Origin: Oceanispirochaeta sp.
GTDB taxonomy: Bacteria > Spirochaetota > Spirochaetia > DSM-2461
DNA: 64,000 nucleotides
Direction of reading: 5' to 3'
NCBI GenBank assembly: GCA_963663385.2
Contig: CAXXXD010000004.1
Span: 128,001 to 192,000 of the forward strand
In this document: piece by piece, positions 19,521 to 28,285 of the stretch
Numbering within the stretch: position 1 is the stretch's first letter
Layout: each line of letters starts with the position of its first letter
Notes under the pieces: model-generated
What the model was told of the DNA's origin: nothing
Seen by the model: the letters and a program-made list of their open reading frames with translations, nothing else
Databases searched by the model: none
Program-made: the position numbers and the translations under genes

Positions 19521-21293
19521 ATGAGTCGGATACGTATTTCTGTTTTTCAAAGGCTTTTTATCTCTTATATTCTCTGCAGCATTCTGCCCCTGGTTATAAT
19601 AGGGGGGCTGATGTACGGTCTGTCTCTGAATTTCCTTAACAGAACTCTTGAAGAGCAGACATCGAACAGCATCAATGCTTTTCATGAAGGGCTTCATGAA
19701 CGGGTCTCTGCCTATGAGAGTATGATTCTCAAGATACAGAAAAGTCTGAAGATCAGTAATTCCCTGGCCTCACTTCCCGGAGAGGTCACCGACAGTAATG
19801 AGATTTATGAAATTCTGTACGATTCCATGGCTGGGGAAGCCATAAAACCGGTTGTACATATCTGTAATCTGGACGGAAGCCGGGGGTTCTCCACCGCTGT
19901 TTTCCCGGAAAGCTACAGAGCCGGATTAATGAACAACTGGGGGATCTTCCGGGAAGTTGACAATTTGACGAAAGGCCCAGTTATCTATACCCAGGAGATG
20001 GATGATTCTCCACTGGAGAGGACTCTCATCAGTGTGGGGGACAGAATATACGATTACTCCGGGGAGCATACCGGGTACGTGCTTGTTGAGATGCCCAGAC
20101 AGGTTGTCTCTGAAGAAGCCAGGGTATTCAACTCAGGGGTATCAATGCACATGGTTATGCTTGATGAAAACGGATACACCCTGTTTGATATGATTAACAG
20201 TGAAATGGAAGGGAAATTTCAGCAGGCCTCGTATCTGGACAGTGAAAAAATCCGGAATCACAAGCCCGTAGAGAGTCTGATTGAAGATAATACATTCCTT
20301 TATCTCAAACACAGGGACGAGACGCTCAATACAGTTACAGTTGTTAATGTTTCCTCAAATATTTTTCACGCTTTCAGCCGTATCCTGTCATTGATAATGC
20401 TGATAGGAAGCCTGTTCAGTCTACTTGTATCGGTTGTTCTTGCGGTTGTACAGGCCCGATCTATATCCAGTCCGATTAAAGAGCTTATCAGTGTTATGGG
20501 AGAAGTGGAAAAAGGGGCTATGGAAATACGGGCCGACCTCGGGAGCCGGGATGAAATCGGAGATCTGGGGAAATATTTCAATCAGATGCTTGACCGGCTG
20601 AATATTTACATGGAAAAAGTGATTGAAAAGCAGAAACAGCTCCGCACAACGGAAATCAAAATGCTGCAGGCTCAGATCAAACCCCATTTTATCTACAATA
20701 CACTGGATGTTATAAAGTGGAGTGTGAAACTGGGGCAGAACGAGGAGACCATTAGCGTTGTTACCAATCTGGCCCGGCTGCTGCGGTTTTCCATAGACAG
20801 TGTTGAGGAGTTCCTGACCATACGCAGCAATATTGAGTTTATCAACAGCTATCTGGCCATTCAGAGAATTAAATACAACAACAGTTTTAAGGTCATAACT
20901 GATATTGACGAGACCCTGATGGATTGCATGATTCCCAGGCTGATTCTTCAGCCTTTTATTGAAAACTCGATTATTCACGGATTCGGCAAGACGAATCAAA
21001 ACGATGGGATTATTACAATCTCAGGTCATTTCAGCGATTGCAACTCCTCCGAGAGAGAGGGTAACTGCAGGGTTATTGAATTCAGGATTTCCGATAATGG
21101 CATCGGCATGACAGAGCAGGAAATAAAGGAGCTGACTTTTGAAAGACCTGAAAACCATATCGGGATCTACAACGTTGATAAGCGCATCAAGATGTATTTC
21201 GGCAGGGATTTCGGTGTCAGTATCAAAAGCAGGGAGCATGGGACTGAGGTAATCATCAGAATGCCGAGTTCTATGAAAGGAGATCCCCAATGA
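19521..21293 (+). CDS. YesM-like sensor histidine kinase
   Basis: HAMP (DEIGDL), LQAQIKPHFIYNTL, LQPFIENSIIHG, DNGIG. Confidence 0.92.
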   Translation: MSRIRISVFQRLFISYILCSILPLVIIGGLMYGLSLNFLNRTLEEQTSNSINAFHEGLHERVSAYESMILKIQKSLKISNSLASLPGEVTDSNEIYEILYDSMAGEAIKPVVHICNLDGSRGFSTAVFPESYRAGLMNNWGIFREVDNLTKGPVIYTQEMDDSPLERTLISVGDRIYDYSGEHTGYVLVEMPRQVVSEEARVFNSGVSMHMVMLDENGYTLFDMINSEMEGKFQQASYLDSEKIRNHKPVESLIEDNTFLYLKHRDETLNTVTVVNVSSNIFHAFSRILSLIMLIGSLFSLLVSVVLAVVQARSISSPIKELISVMGEVEKGAMEIRADLGSRDEIGDLGKYFNQMLDRLNIYMEKVIEKQKQLRTTEIKMLQAQIKPHFIYNTLDVIKWSVKLGQNEETISVVTNLARLLRFSIDSVEEFLTIRSNIEFINSYLAIQRIKYNNSFKVITDIDETLMDCMIPRLILQPFIENSIIHGFGKTNQNDGIITISGHFSDCNSSEREGNCRVIEFRISDNGIGMTEQEIKELTFERPENHIGIYNVDKRIKMYFGRDFGVSIKSREHGTEVIIRMPSSMKGDPQ

Positions 21294-22090
21294 TCGGTGT
21301 TGTAATTGTCGAGGATGAATCCTACATCAGAAAAGGCATGGTAATGACAACACCCTGGGAGGAGTTCGGTTGCAAAGTGATAGGGGAAGCCGGCGATGGA
21401 CAGGAAGGTTATGAACTGATCAGAAAACTGAACCCGGACATTGTTATTACCGATGTCAATATGCCTGTTATGGACGGTATTGAAATGCTTAGAAAACTGG
21501 ATGGCGAATCCAGTGCGGCGTGTATCATCGTATCGGGGTACAATGATTTCAGCTATGCTCAGCAAGCTATCAAACTGGGCGTCCGGGACTATCTGCTAAA
21601 GCCGATTGATGATGACGATTTCTACAGGACTCTTAAACGGGTGATCCTGCACATAGAAAAGGAACACATCATAGCAAAGGAGAAGGAACGGAATCTGTTG
21701 ATTCAGGAAGGAAAGGAACTCCTGGCTAATGAAGAGGGTTTCGATGCACATTATGACAGCAGGCAGGTGTATGTGTTAAAGGCTGTGGAATGGATTGAAG
21801 CTCACTACAGCGAGAATATCGGTATCAGTGATGCTGCTCTTAACCTTGAGATCAGTGAAAGCTATTTGAGCCGGTTGTTTAAAAGCTATATGGGATATAC
21901 CTTTGTTGAGTACCTAACCGACTACCGGATCAAGATGGCCATTCAGCTTTTAAAGGATCACCATATTAAGATCTATGAGGTATCGGAGAGAGTCGGATAC
22001 AATGATCCGAAGTATTTTGGAATTTTATTCAAGAAGAAAGTCGGAGTAACACCGATGACATTTAAAAACAGATACATGTCAAATGAGTGA
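21290..22090 (+). CDS. AraC-type response regulator
   Basis: VEDE...DVNMP; SYLSRLFK...VGYNDPKYF. Confidence 0.92.
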   Translation: MIGVVIVEDESYIRKGMVMTTPWEEFGCKVIGEAGDGQEGYELIRKLNPDIVITDVNMPVMDGIEMLRKLDGESSAACIIVSGYNDFSYAQQAIKLGVRDYLLKPIDDDDFYRTLKRVILHIEKEHIIAKEKERNLLIQEGKELLANEEGFDAHYDSRQVYVLKAVEWIEAHYSENIGISDAALNLEISESYLSRLFKSYMGYTFVEYLTDYRIKMAIQLLKDHHIKIYEVSERVGYNDPKYFGILFKKKVGVTPMTFKNRYMSNE

Positions 22091-22274
22091 TCTGATCCGG
22101 GATATTGGAGACCTGATAGTTCGCATTTCTAGAAGTGAAACATGAAGCCGGGAGTTCTATCTCTGCTGAACATGCGGGAACCCACTATATGGATGACCGT
22201 ATTGCTTCGACAGAGAAGTCTCCCGGATACCTGAATACAGAGATGACTGATGAATCTGTGGAAAAATTTATGTA

Positions 22275-22307
22275 ACAGGGAGCCGACCTTTGCAGATCAG
22301 TCCCTGT
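22275..22307. terminator. Hairpin: terminator between convergent genes and/or SECIS-like element on the minus strand
   Basis: Minus strand reads ACAGGGA-CTGATCT-GCAA-AGGTCGG-C-TCCCTGT. Confidence 0.55.
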
Positions 22308-22327
22308 ATTTTAATATATGTATTCCT

Positions 22328-23485
22328 TCAGGCAGCACAGGGCCGCAGGTTTTTCTCCTCTTTTTGTTTTTTACACAGGATCTGCCGTGTAATGATGACA
22401 GCATACAGAAAGACGGAAACCGCGGCTGAGAGAAGTATCAGGGAATAGAGGCCTGTATTGGGGATAAATATCTTATACAGAAAGGTTCCAAGTACCGCAA
22501 AGGCGACAAAGGGACAGATAAGGCTCCACGTTTCTATATAAAACTTTCCGGTATTCAATTCTCTGGAAAAATACTCCTTCATGACAGAAAGACCGAATCC
22601 CAGGTACCAGAACTCAAAAACAAATCCGCCCAGTACAATCAGGACTGCAAGCCAGTGCATATGGAACTCAAACTGTTTTTCAAAGTAGTGAACAAGTCGG
22701 AATCCGCTGATGGACAGGAGGGTTGTAATGGGAACAGGAGAGAGCAGGGCGGGCATCCCTTTGGGGGCAGGCAGAGATTCTGAATTGAACTGATTTTTCA
22801 GGGCATGGTAGAAGAACAGCCCAAAGAGGAAGACGGTCTGTGATCCGGAAAGAAAAGATAAAAAGGCGGCGATCCCGCTTATGACAGGAGAGTTGGCCAT
22901 CGCAGCCAGTCCCGTACCAGTTACAGTCGTCATTGCCAGAGCAAACGGATGAAGAAGCCAGCTGAAATTTATCTTATCCAAAGAAAAATTTCGGGAAAAA
23001 AGTGACATGAGCATACCTGTCTCTTTTACTATAATGGCTGCCCACAGGATACTCCATAGAGTCAGGGCCGGTGCCATCAGTAACTGAAAATGGTTATGGA
23101 AAAGGGGAACAAAAAACCGGACTACCGCAATAAACACATTAAAAGTCATACCAATTGAAATAAACGGGGTGACAAGAGTGGTGTTATGAAGGGAATCTTT
23201 CTTAAGCTGATAGTATGCGGGAGATCTCATCCATCTGAAAAGACGGGTGAAAAGCTGAGCCGAAAGGATTAAATGAACCGTCCCGAATAGCAGCATTATG
23301 CCCATTAGCAGGGGAAAAAGAACAGACTGAAAGGGGGATAAACCGTCAAATTGAATCCCGTTAAAAGATATAAGACCAGGTCCGCTGTAATAAGTATACT
23401 GAAGAAAGGCAAACGGGATAATTGAGATGCCGCCCGCACCTACAGCTGAAAGAAACTGAAGAGGATAAAACTCTTTCTTTTCCAT
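22328..23485 (-). CDS. Polytopic membrane protein resembling the TsoY (seleno)protein family
   Basis: N-terminal FYPLQFLSAVGAGG motif and about 10 TMs, recognised from memory; ends C-A-A-TGA. Confidence 0.6.
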   Translation of the reverse strand: MEKKEFYPLQFLSAVGAGGISIIPFAFLQYTYYSGPGLISFNGIQFDGLSPFQSVLFPLLMGIMLLFGTVHLILSAQLFTRLFRWMRSPAYYQLKKDSLHNTTLVTPFISIGMTFNVFIAVVRFFVPLFHNHFQLLMAPALTLWSILWAAIIVKETGMLMSLFSRNFSLDKINFSWLLHPFALAMTTVTGTGLAAMANSPVISGIAAFLSFLSGSQTVFLFGLFFYHALKNQFNSESLPAPKGMPALLSPVPITTLLSISGFRLVHYFEKQFEFHMHWLAVLIVLGGFVFEFWYLGFGLSVMKEYFSRELNTGKFYIETWSLICPFVAFAVLGTFLYKIFIPNTGLYSLILLSAAVSVFLYAVIITRQILCKKQKEEKNLRPCAA

Positions 23486-23594
23486 TATTGAGAACTCCTA
23501 AAGTTAAATAAGTGTATATAGTAAATATTGCATATTGTAAAAGTAGTCAATAGAATCATGGAAAAACTTCTATTTAAAAACGTTAAACTCTATA

Positions 23595-23622
23595 TTGACA
23601 AGCATCGAATTTCAGCTATATT
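23595..23622 (+). promoter_or_regulatory. Putative sigma70 promoter
   Basis: TTGACA-16 bp-TATATT. Confidence 0.55.
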
Positions 23623-23638
23623 TGAACATAACATTCAT

Positions 23639-23817
23639 AGCAGACAAAGGACCCTTAATGCTAACAATGTCTGCTTATATCTTTTTTATTCGAAGGAATT
23701 TTCCTGAAAGGGAAATCGTTGAAGGTATAAGTAGTTTCGTTGTAGGTATATAGGGGGGGAGGTCTCGGTCTCCCTGAACAGCGCAGCTCCTCTCTTCGCC
23801 TTCGAAAAGGAGTCATT
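23639..23817 (+). ncRNA. Candidate structured cis-regulatory leader, copy A
   Basis: AGCAGACA/TGTCTGCT stem around AAGGACCCTTAATGCTAACAA; homologous to 28052-28197. Confidence 0.55.
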
Positions 23818-24021
23818 ATGAGTTCCAAATTATGGTTTGTTACAAACGGTGTACAGCTGATTCATGTCTTCGAAAAAAGGTCCCTGGCCGAGCAGGAGTT
23901 GAAGAAGTATCAGGACGATCCTGATTACGGTTACTATGATTGCTACGGTCTGGATATCGACGATCTGGAAGACTATCCGGAAGAATATGATATTGCTCTG
24001 GACGAAGGATTCCTTGATTAA
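23818..24021 (+). CDS. Small acidic Asp/Tyr-rich hypothetical protein (67 aa)
   Basis: AAGGAG SD and ATG start; fills the gap before potA. Confidence 0.7.
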   Translation: MSSKLWFVTNGVQLIHVFEKRSLAEQELKKYQDDPDYGYYDCYGLDIDDLEDYPEEYDIALDEGFLD

Positions 24022-24070
24022 TGCCGGGATGGATTATTTCCCGGGCGATTGAATGGGAAGGTGTTACTGA

Positions 24071-25279
24071 TTGAAAGATTTTCTTGTCTTCGAAGGGATT
24101 AGTAAATCCTTCGGATCTGTAGAAGTTATCAAAGATCTGAATCTTAACGTCAAAAAGGGAGAGGTCTTCAGTCTGTTGGGACCATCGGGCTGCGGGAAAA
24201 CCACTCTTCTGAAAATATGCGGTGGATTTGAAGAACCCGATGCAGGCAGGATGCTGTTGAATGGCAAGGATATCCTGTCCCTGCCGGGGCATAAGCGTCC
24301 GGTCAATACGGTATTTCAGAATTATGCCCTGTTTCCGCATCTGTCTGTGGGTGAGAATATAGCTTTTGGTCTGAAAGTTTCCCGCAAAGGGTTTTCCAGA
24401 AAAGAGATTTCCAGGGAAGTGGACTGGGCTCTCGATCTTATTCAGATGAATGAATATATCCATAGCAGACCTTCAGAGCTATCAGGAGGTCAGAAGCAGC
24501 GGGTTGCTATTGCAAGAGCGGTTATCAACAAACCGGAGCTCCTGCTTCTGGACGAGCCTTTGGCTGCGCTCGACCTCAAACTCCGTCAGAAAATGCTGCT
24601 GGAACTGGATCAGATTCATGACGAAGTAGGCATAACTTTTCTTTTTGTAACCCATGACCAGGGGGAGGCTATGAGCCTCTCCGACAGAATCGCCATCATG
24701 AACCTGGGGAAAATTGAGCAGGTAGGATCTCCCGCGGAGATCTATGAAAGTCCTGTTTCCAGTTTTACAGCGGCTTTTATTGGTGATACGAATTTTTTTG
24801 ACGGGATTGTCAAATCCCAGAGTGAAGACGGTCAGTATTCAATACTTGATATTGAAGGACTTCCGTCAGCCCGTTGCTACAACGATCAGGCTCATACAGT
24901 GGGGGACCATATCAACCTGTCACTGAGGCCTGAGAAGATCAGGATCAGCAGGAAAGAACCCGAAACTGACAAGTCCCTGAACATTATTAAAGGGGTTGTG
25001 GAAGATAAGGTCTATCTGGGGGCGTATACAAAATACTGGGTTCGCTGCGGAAACTGGCTGATTGTTGTCCTTAATGCTCACAGGCATTTTCTGCTGGACC
25101 GGAATCCTCCGGAATGGGAAGATGAAGTCTGGCTCAGCTGGCATCAGGACGACGGTTTTATATTGCTGAAATACAGGAAAAAGGACGAAGTCCTTTTAAC
25201 GAATCCTGATGAAAAATATGCCGGGATGACCCCTGATCTACAGCCGGGGGCCATACTGCAGTCGGAAGAAGACTCATGA
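24071..25279 (+). CDS. potA: Spermidine/putrescine ABC transporter ATPase
   Basis: GPSGCGKT, VNTVFQNYALFPHL, LSGGQKQR, DEPLAALDLKLR. Confidence 0.9.
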   Translation: MKDFLVFEGISKSFGSVEVIKDLNLNVKKGEVFSLLGPSGCGKTTLLKICGGFEEPDAGRMLLNGKDILSLPGHKRPVNTVFQNYALFPHLSVGENIAFGLKVSRKGFSRKEISREVDWALDLIQMNEYIHSRPSELSGGQKQRVAIARAVINKPELLLLDEPLAALDLKLRQKMLLELDQIHDEVGITFLFVTHDQGEAMSLSDRIAIMNLGKIEQVGSPAEIYESPVSSFTAAFIGDTNFFDGIVKSQSEDGQYSILDIEGLPSARCYNDQAHTVGDHINLSLRPEKIRISRKEPETDKSLNIIKGVVEDKVYLGAYTKYWVRCGNWLIVVLNAHRHFLLDRNPPEWEDEVWLSWHQDDGFILLKYRKKDEVLLTNPDEKYAGMTPDLQPGAILQSEEDS

Positions 25280-26133
25280 AGAAACATGAGCTTGTGCTGA
25301 CAACTCCCTCATTCCTCTGGCTCAGTATATTTTTTATTATTCCATCGGCTCTTGTCCTCTTTATCAGCTTCAGGGGAACCGACTCTTATGGCGTCCTTAT
25401 GCCGGTATGGACACTGGATGCGTACAGGTCCCTTTCCGGGATGAATCTGATGCCGGTTATTATCAGGACCCTCAGGCTCAGTCTGTATACCACTTTGATC
25501 TGTCTGATCCTTGCCATTCCGGCCGCCTATGCCATGTCCCGATTGAGCAGGGGGGCGCAGACAATTCTGTTAATGATTCTGGTTGTTCCCTTCTGGACGA
25601 ATTTCCTTATCCGCATCTATGCCTGGAAAGTCCTGCTTCATCCCGATGGATTTATTAAGCAGATTTTTGTCTTTCTAGGGCTGATCGATCAGAATACGAC
25701 CCTTCTCTATACGGAAGGGGCCGTGCTTCTCGTTCTGGTCTATACCTATCTACCTTTTGCCCTGCTCCCCCTATACAGCGCTGCCGACAGCTTTGATATC
25801 ACACTGCTTGATGCCGGCAGGGATTTGGGAAGCAATACACTGCAGCTTATAATCAGGGTTTACCTTCCCGGTATCCGACAGGGGATTATTAATGCGGTCC
25901 TGGTTGTTTTTATCCCGGTCATGGGCAGCTACATCATTCCTGAAATTGTCGGTGGTCCGAATTCGGAAATGCTGGGAAACAAGATTGCCCAGTATGTATT
26001 CACTGACAGGAATATTCCCCGGGCAGGAGCCCTCTCGGGATTTCTGATTCTCATTATCCTCCTTCCATCCCTGATCTCTCTTATAAACAGGGAGAGTCCG
26101 GCCAAAAGCCGGAAGGAGCTGGTGCAGGCATGA
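25276..26133 (+). CDS. potB: Spermidine/putrescine ABC transporter permease
   Basis: PFWTNFLIRIYAW, YTYLPF, DAGRDLG. Confidence 0.9.
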   Translation: MKKHELVLTTPSFLWLSIFFIIPSALVLFISFRGTDSYGVLMPVWTLDAYRSLSGMNLMPVIIRTLRLSLYTTLICLILAIPAAYAMSRLSRGAQTILLMILVVPFWTNFLIRIYAWKVLLHPDGFIKQIFVFLGLIDQNTTLLYTEGAVLLVLVYTYLPFALLPLYSAADSFDITLLDAGRDLGSNTLQLIIRVYLPGIRQGIINAVLVVFIPVMGSYIIPEIVGGPNSEMLGNKIAQYVFTDRNIPRAGALSGFLILIILLPSLISLINRESPAKSRKELVQA

Positions 26134-26906
26134 AAAGGAAATCGGCTTTTCCGATGATAATACTCATACTGATTCTTGTTTTCTTCTACCTCCCCCTGTT
26201 TGTACTGGTCATCAATTCATTCAACGCATCCCGGGTCTCTTCAGTATGGGGGGGATTTTCTCTGAAATGGTATAAGAAGCTGCTGGGTGACCAGAATCTG
26301 CTCCGCTCTGTCAAAAATACTGTGATTGTAACAAGTGTCTCGGTATTCTGTTCAACAGTACTGGGGAGTCTGGCGGGTGTGAGCATTGCCCGTTTCAGGA
26401 GCAGGGTGCAAAAAGTGCATTCAGTCTTTATCGCTCTCCCCCTGATCATGCCGGATATCCTGATCGGTATCAGTCTCCTTCTGTTCTTTATCTCATTCAG
26501 GATTCAGCTCTCTCTGCTGACGATTATAATAGGGCATATTACCTTCTGTATCAGTTATGTGGCTTCTACGGTTCAGGCCCGGTTTCAGAATTTTGATTTT
26601 TCCCTGATAGAGGCGGCCCAGGATCTGGGTGCTGACAGATGGCAGGTGTTATGGAAAATATATCTGCCCCTGCTGGCGCCGGGAATCCTCTCCGGTGCCA
26701 TGCTGGCCATGACTCTGTCTCTGGATGATTTTATTATCAGTTTTTTTACGGCGGGGCCGGGTGCTTCAACCCTGCCCATACAAATTTACAGTATGATCCG
26801 TCACGGCTCACCCCCTGTGATTAATGCACTTTCCACGCTTTTTATCGGGTTCACGTTTCTGTTCCTGCTGGTTTATCAGCGGATCTCAAGGAGATTAGAT
26901 CAATGA
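26130..26906 (+). CDS. potC: Spermidine/putrescine ABC transporter permease
   Basis: SFN...WGGFSLKWY, EAAQDLGA, LSLDDF, TLPIQIY. Confidence 0.9.
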   Translation: MKRKSAFPMIILILILVFFYLPLFVLVINSFNASRVSSVWGGFSLKWYKKLLGDQNLLRSVKNTVIVTSVSVFCSTVLGSLAGVSIARFRSRVQKVHSVFIALPLIMPDILIGISLLLFFISFRIQLSLLTIIIGHITFCISYVASTVQARFQNFDFSLIEAAQDLGADRWQVLWKIYLPLLAPGILSGAMLAMTLSLDDFIISFFTAGPGASTLPIQIYSMIRHGSPPVINALSTLFIGFTFLFLLVYQRISRRLDQ

Positions 26907-27949
26907 AAAAAAACTTTTATTACCTGCTGTCGGTTATTGTTTTACTGGCTGTTGTTCTGGGCGGATGTTCCAGAGAGAGCAACCGGAAACTCTATCTGTA
27001 CAACTGGTCCGATTATATCGATGAGGAACTGGTAAAGGCCTTTACAGAAGAAACCGGTATCCAGATTATTATGGACTACTTTGATTCAAACGAGTCCATG
27101 TATGCCAAGTTACGTTCCGGAGCCGATGGTTATGATATTGTATTTCCCACCAGCTATATGGTGGAAATCATGAACGCCGGAGGCATGCTGCAGAAAATCG
27201 ATCATGGAAAGCTGGCGAACCTGAAGAATATTGACCCTAAGTTCACCGTCCTTTCGGTCGATTCCGAAATGGAGTACTCTGTTCCCTATATGGTCAGTAC
27301 TACCGGGATAGGGTATCTGGAATCCGGGCTGGGGGAAGTTGAATCTTTGTCCTGGGATATCTTTGCTTCCCCGGATTATTCATCCAAAATGACAATGCTT
27401 AATGATGTGAGAGAGACGATCGGGGCTGCTTTAAAGTACCTCGGTTACTCCTACAATTCCAGGTCCGGACAGGAGCTGGCGGAAGCCAGAGATCTACTTA
27501 TTTCCTGGAAGAGGAATCTGGCGAAATTTGAGAATGATCAGTATAAGAACGGACTGGTCAGCGGAGAGTTTTCCATATGTCAGGGTTACTCGGGGGATAT
27601 CCTTCAGGTTCAGGAAGAGCGGGATGATCTTCGCTTTATTGTACCAAGAGAGGGCACTTCCATCTCCATTGATAATATGGTGATTCTCAGGAATGCGAAG
27701 AATACGGATGCGGCTTATGAGTTTATTGACTATATGTTAAGGGGTGAAGTTGCTGCCTCCAACATTGAGTATGTGTACTACCTGGCTCCCAATACGGCGG
27801 CATACGGTCTTCTGAGTGATGAAATTCGAAATGATCCGGCTGTCTTCATTTCTGATGATGTACTTGAGAATTCCGAGATTCTTCTGGATCTGGGGGATGA
27901 TAATGAACTGTATAGTCGAACCTGGGATGAAATAAAGTCTGCAAAATGA
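26903..27949 (+). CDS. potD: Spermidine/putrescine-binding lipoprotein
   Basis: LGGC lipobox; YNWSDYID, FDSNESMYAKL, YDIVFPTSY, YSGD. Confidence 0.9.
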   Translation: MKKNFYYLLSVIVLLAVVLGGCSRESNRKLYLYNWSDYIDEELVKAFTEETGIQIIMDYFDSNESMYAKLRSGADGYDIVFPTSYMVEIMNAGGMLQKIDHGKLANLKNIDPKFTVLSVDSEMEYSVPYMVSTTGIGYLESGLGEVESLSWDIFASPDYSSKMTMLNDVRETIGAALKYLGYSYNSRSGQELAEARDLLISWKRNLAKFENDQYKNGLVSGEFSICQGYSGDILQVQEERDDLRFIVPREGTSISIDNMVILRNAKNTDAAYEFIDYMLRGEVAASNIEYVYYLAPNTAAYGLLSDEIRNDPAVFISDDVLENSEILLDLGDDNELYSRTWDEIKSAK

Positions 27950-27983
27950 ATATCGAATAAATTAATTTTACATGACCTTTTAC

Positions 27984-28011
27984 TTGACAATCTGTAAATA
28001 TGGATTATTTT
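27984..28011 (+). promoter_or_regulatory. Putative sigma70 promoter
   Basis: TTGACA-16 bp-TATTTT. Confidence 0.4.
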
Positions 28012-28051
28012 TTGTGTTAATTCTGCAAGTTTTTTTAACACTTGTACAGGC

Positions 28052-28197
28052 ACAGACTAAGGACCCTTTATGCTAACAAAAGTCTGTTATCATCTTCATG
28101 TGTGCAGAAAGGTCTTGGAGTTGATTTCAGGAATGTTTCGTAGGGGGGATTCCCCTCTTTTTCCATCATGCCTCTCCTCTCGTGAATAGAGGGATAA
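28052..28197 (+). ncRNA. Candidate structured cis-regulatory leader, copy B
   Basis: ACAGACT/AGTCTGT stem around AAGGACCCTTTATGCTAACAAA; two compensatory changes relative to copy A. Confidence 0.55.
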
Positions 28198-28272
28198 ATG
28201 GTATTACAATTATATTTCCTGCTTGTATTGATATTATTGCCGATGTGGATGATGACCGGGATATTGCTGTAG
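28198..28272 (+). CDS. Putative 24-aa hydrophobic peptide MVLQLYFLLVLILLPMWMMTGILL
   Basis: GAGGG SD, ATG 28198, TAG 28270-28272; below the ORF-track length cutoff. Confidence 0.35.
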   Translation: MVLQLYFLLVLILLPMWMMTGILL

Positions 28273-28285
28273 ATTGGGGGAAATT

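Noticed and set aside
23639..23817. Match to known riboswitches (SAM-I/spermidine, c-di-AMP, c-di-GMP, M-box, yybP, fluoride, T-box)
   Set aside because: I could not find their consensus cores by eye; an Rfam scan is still needed.
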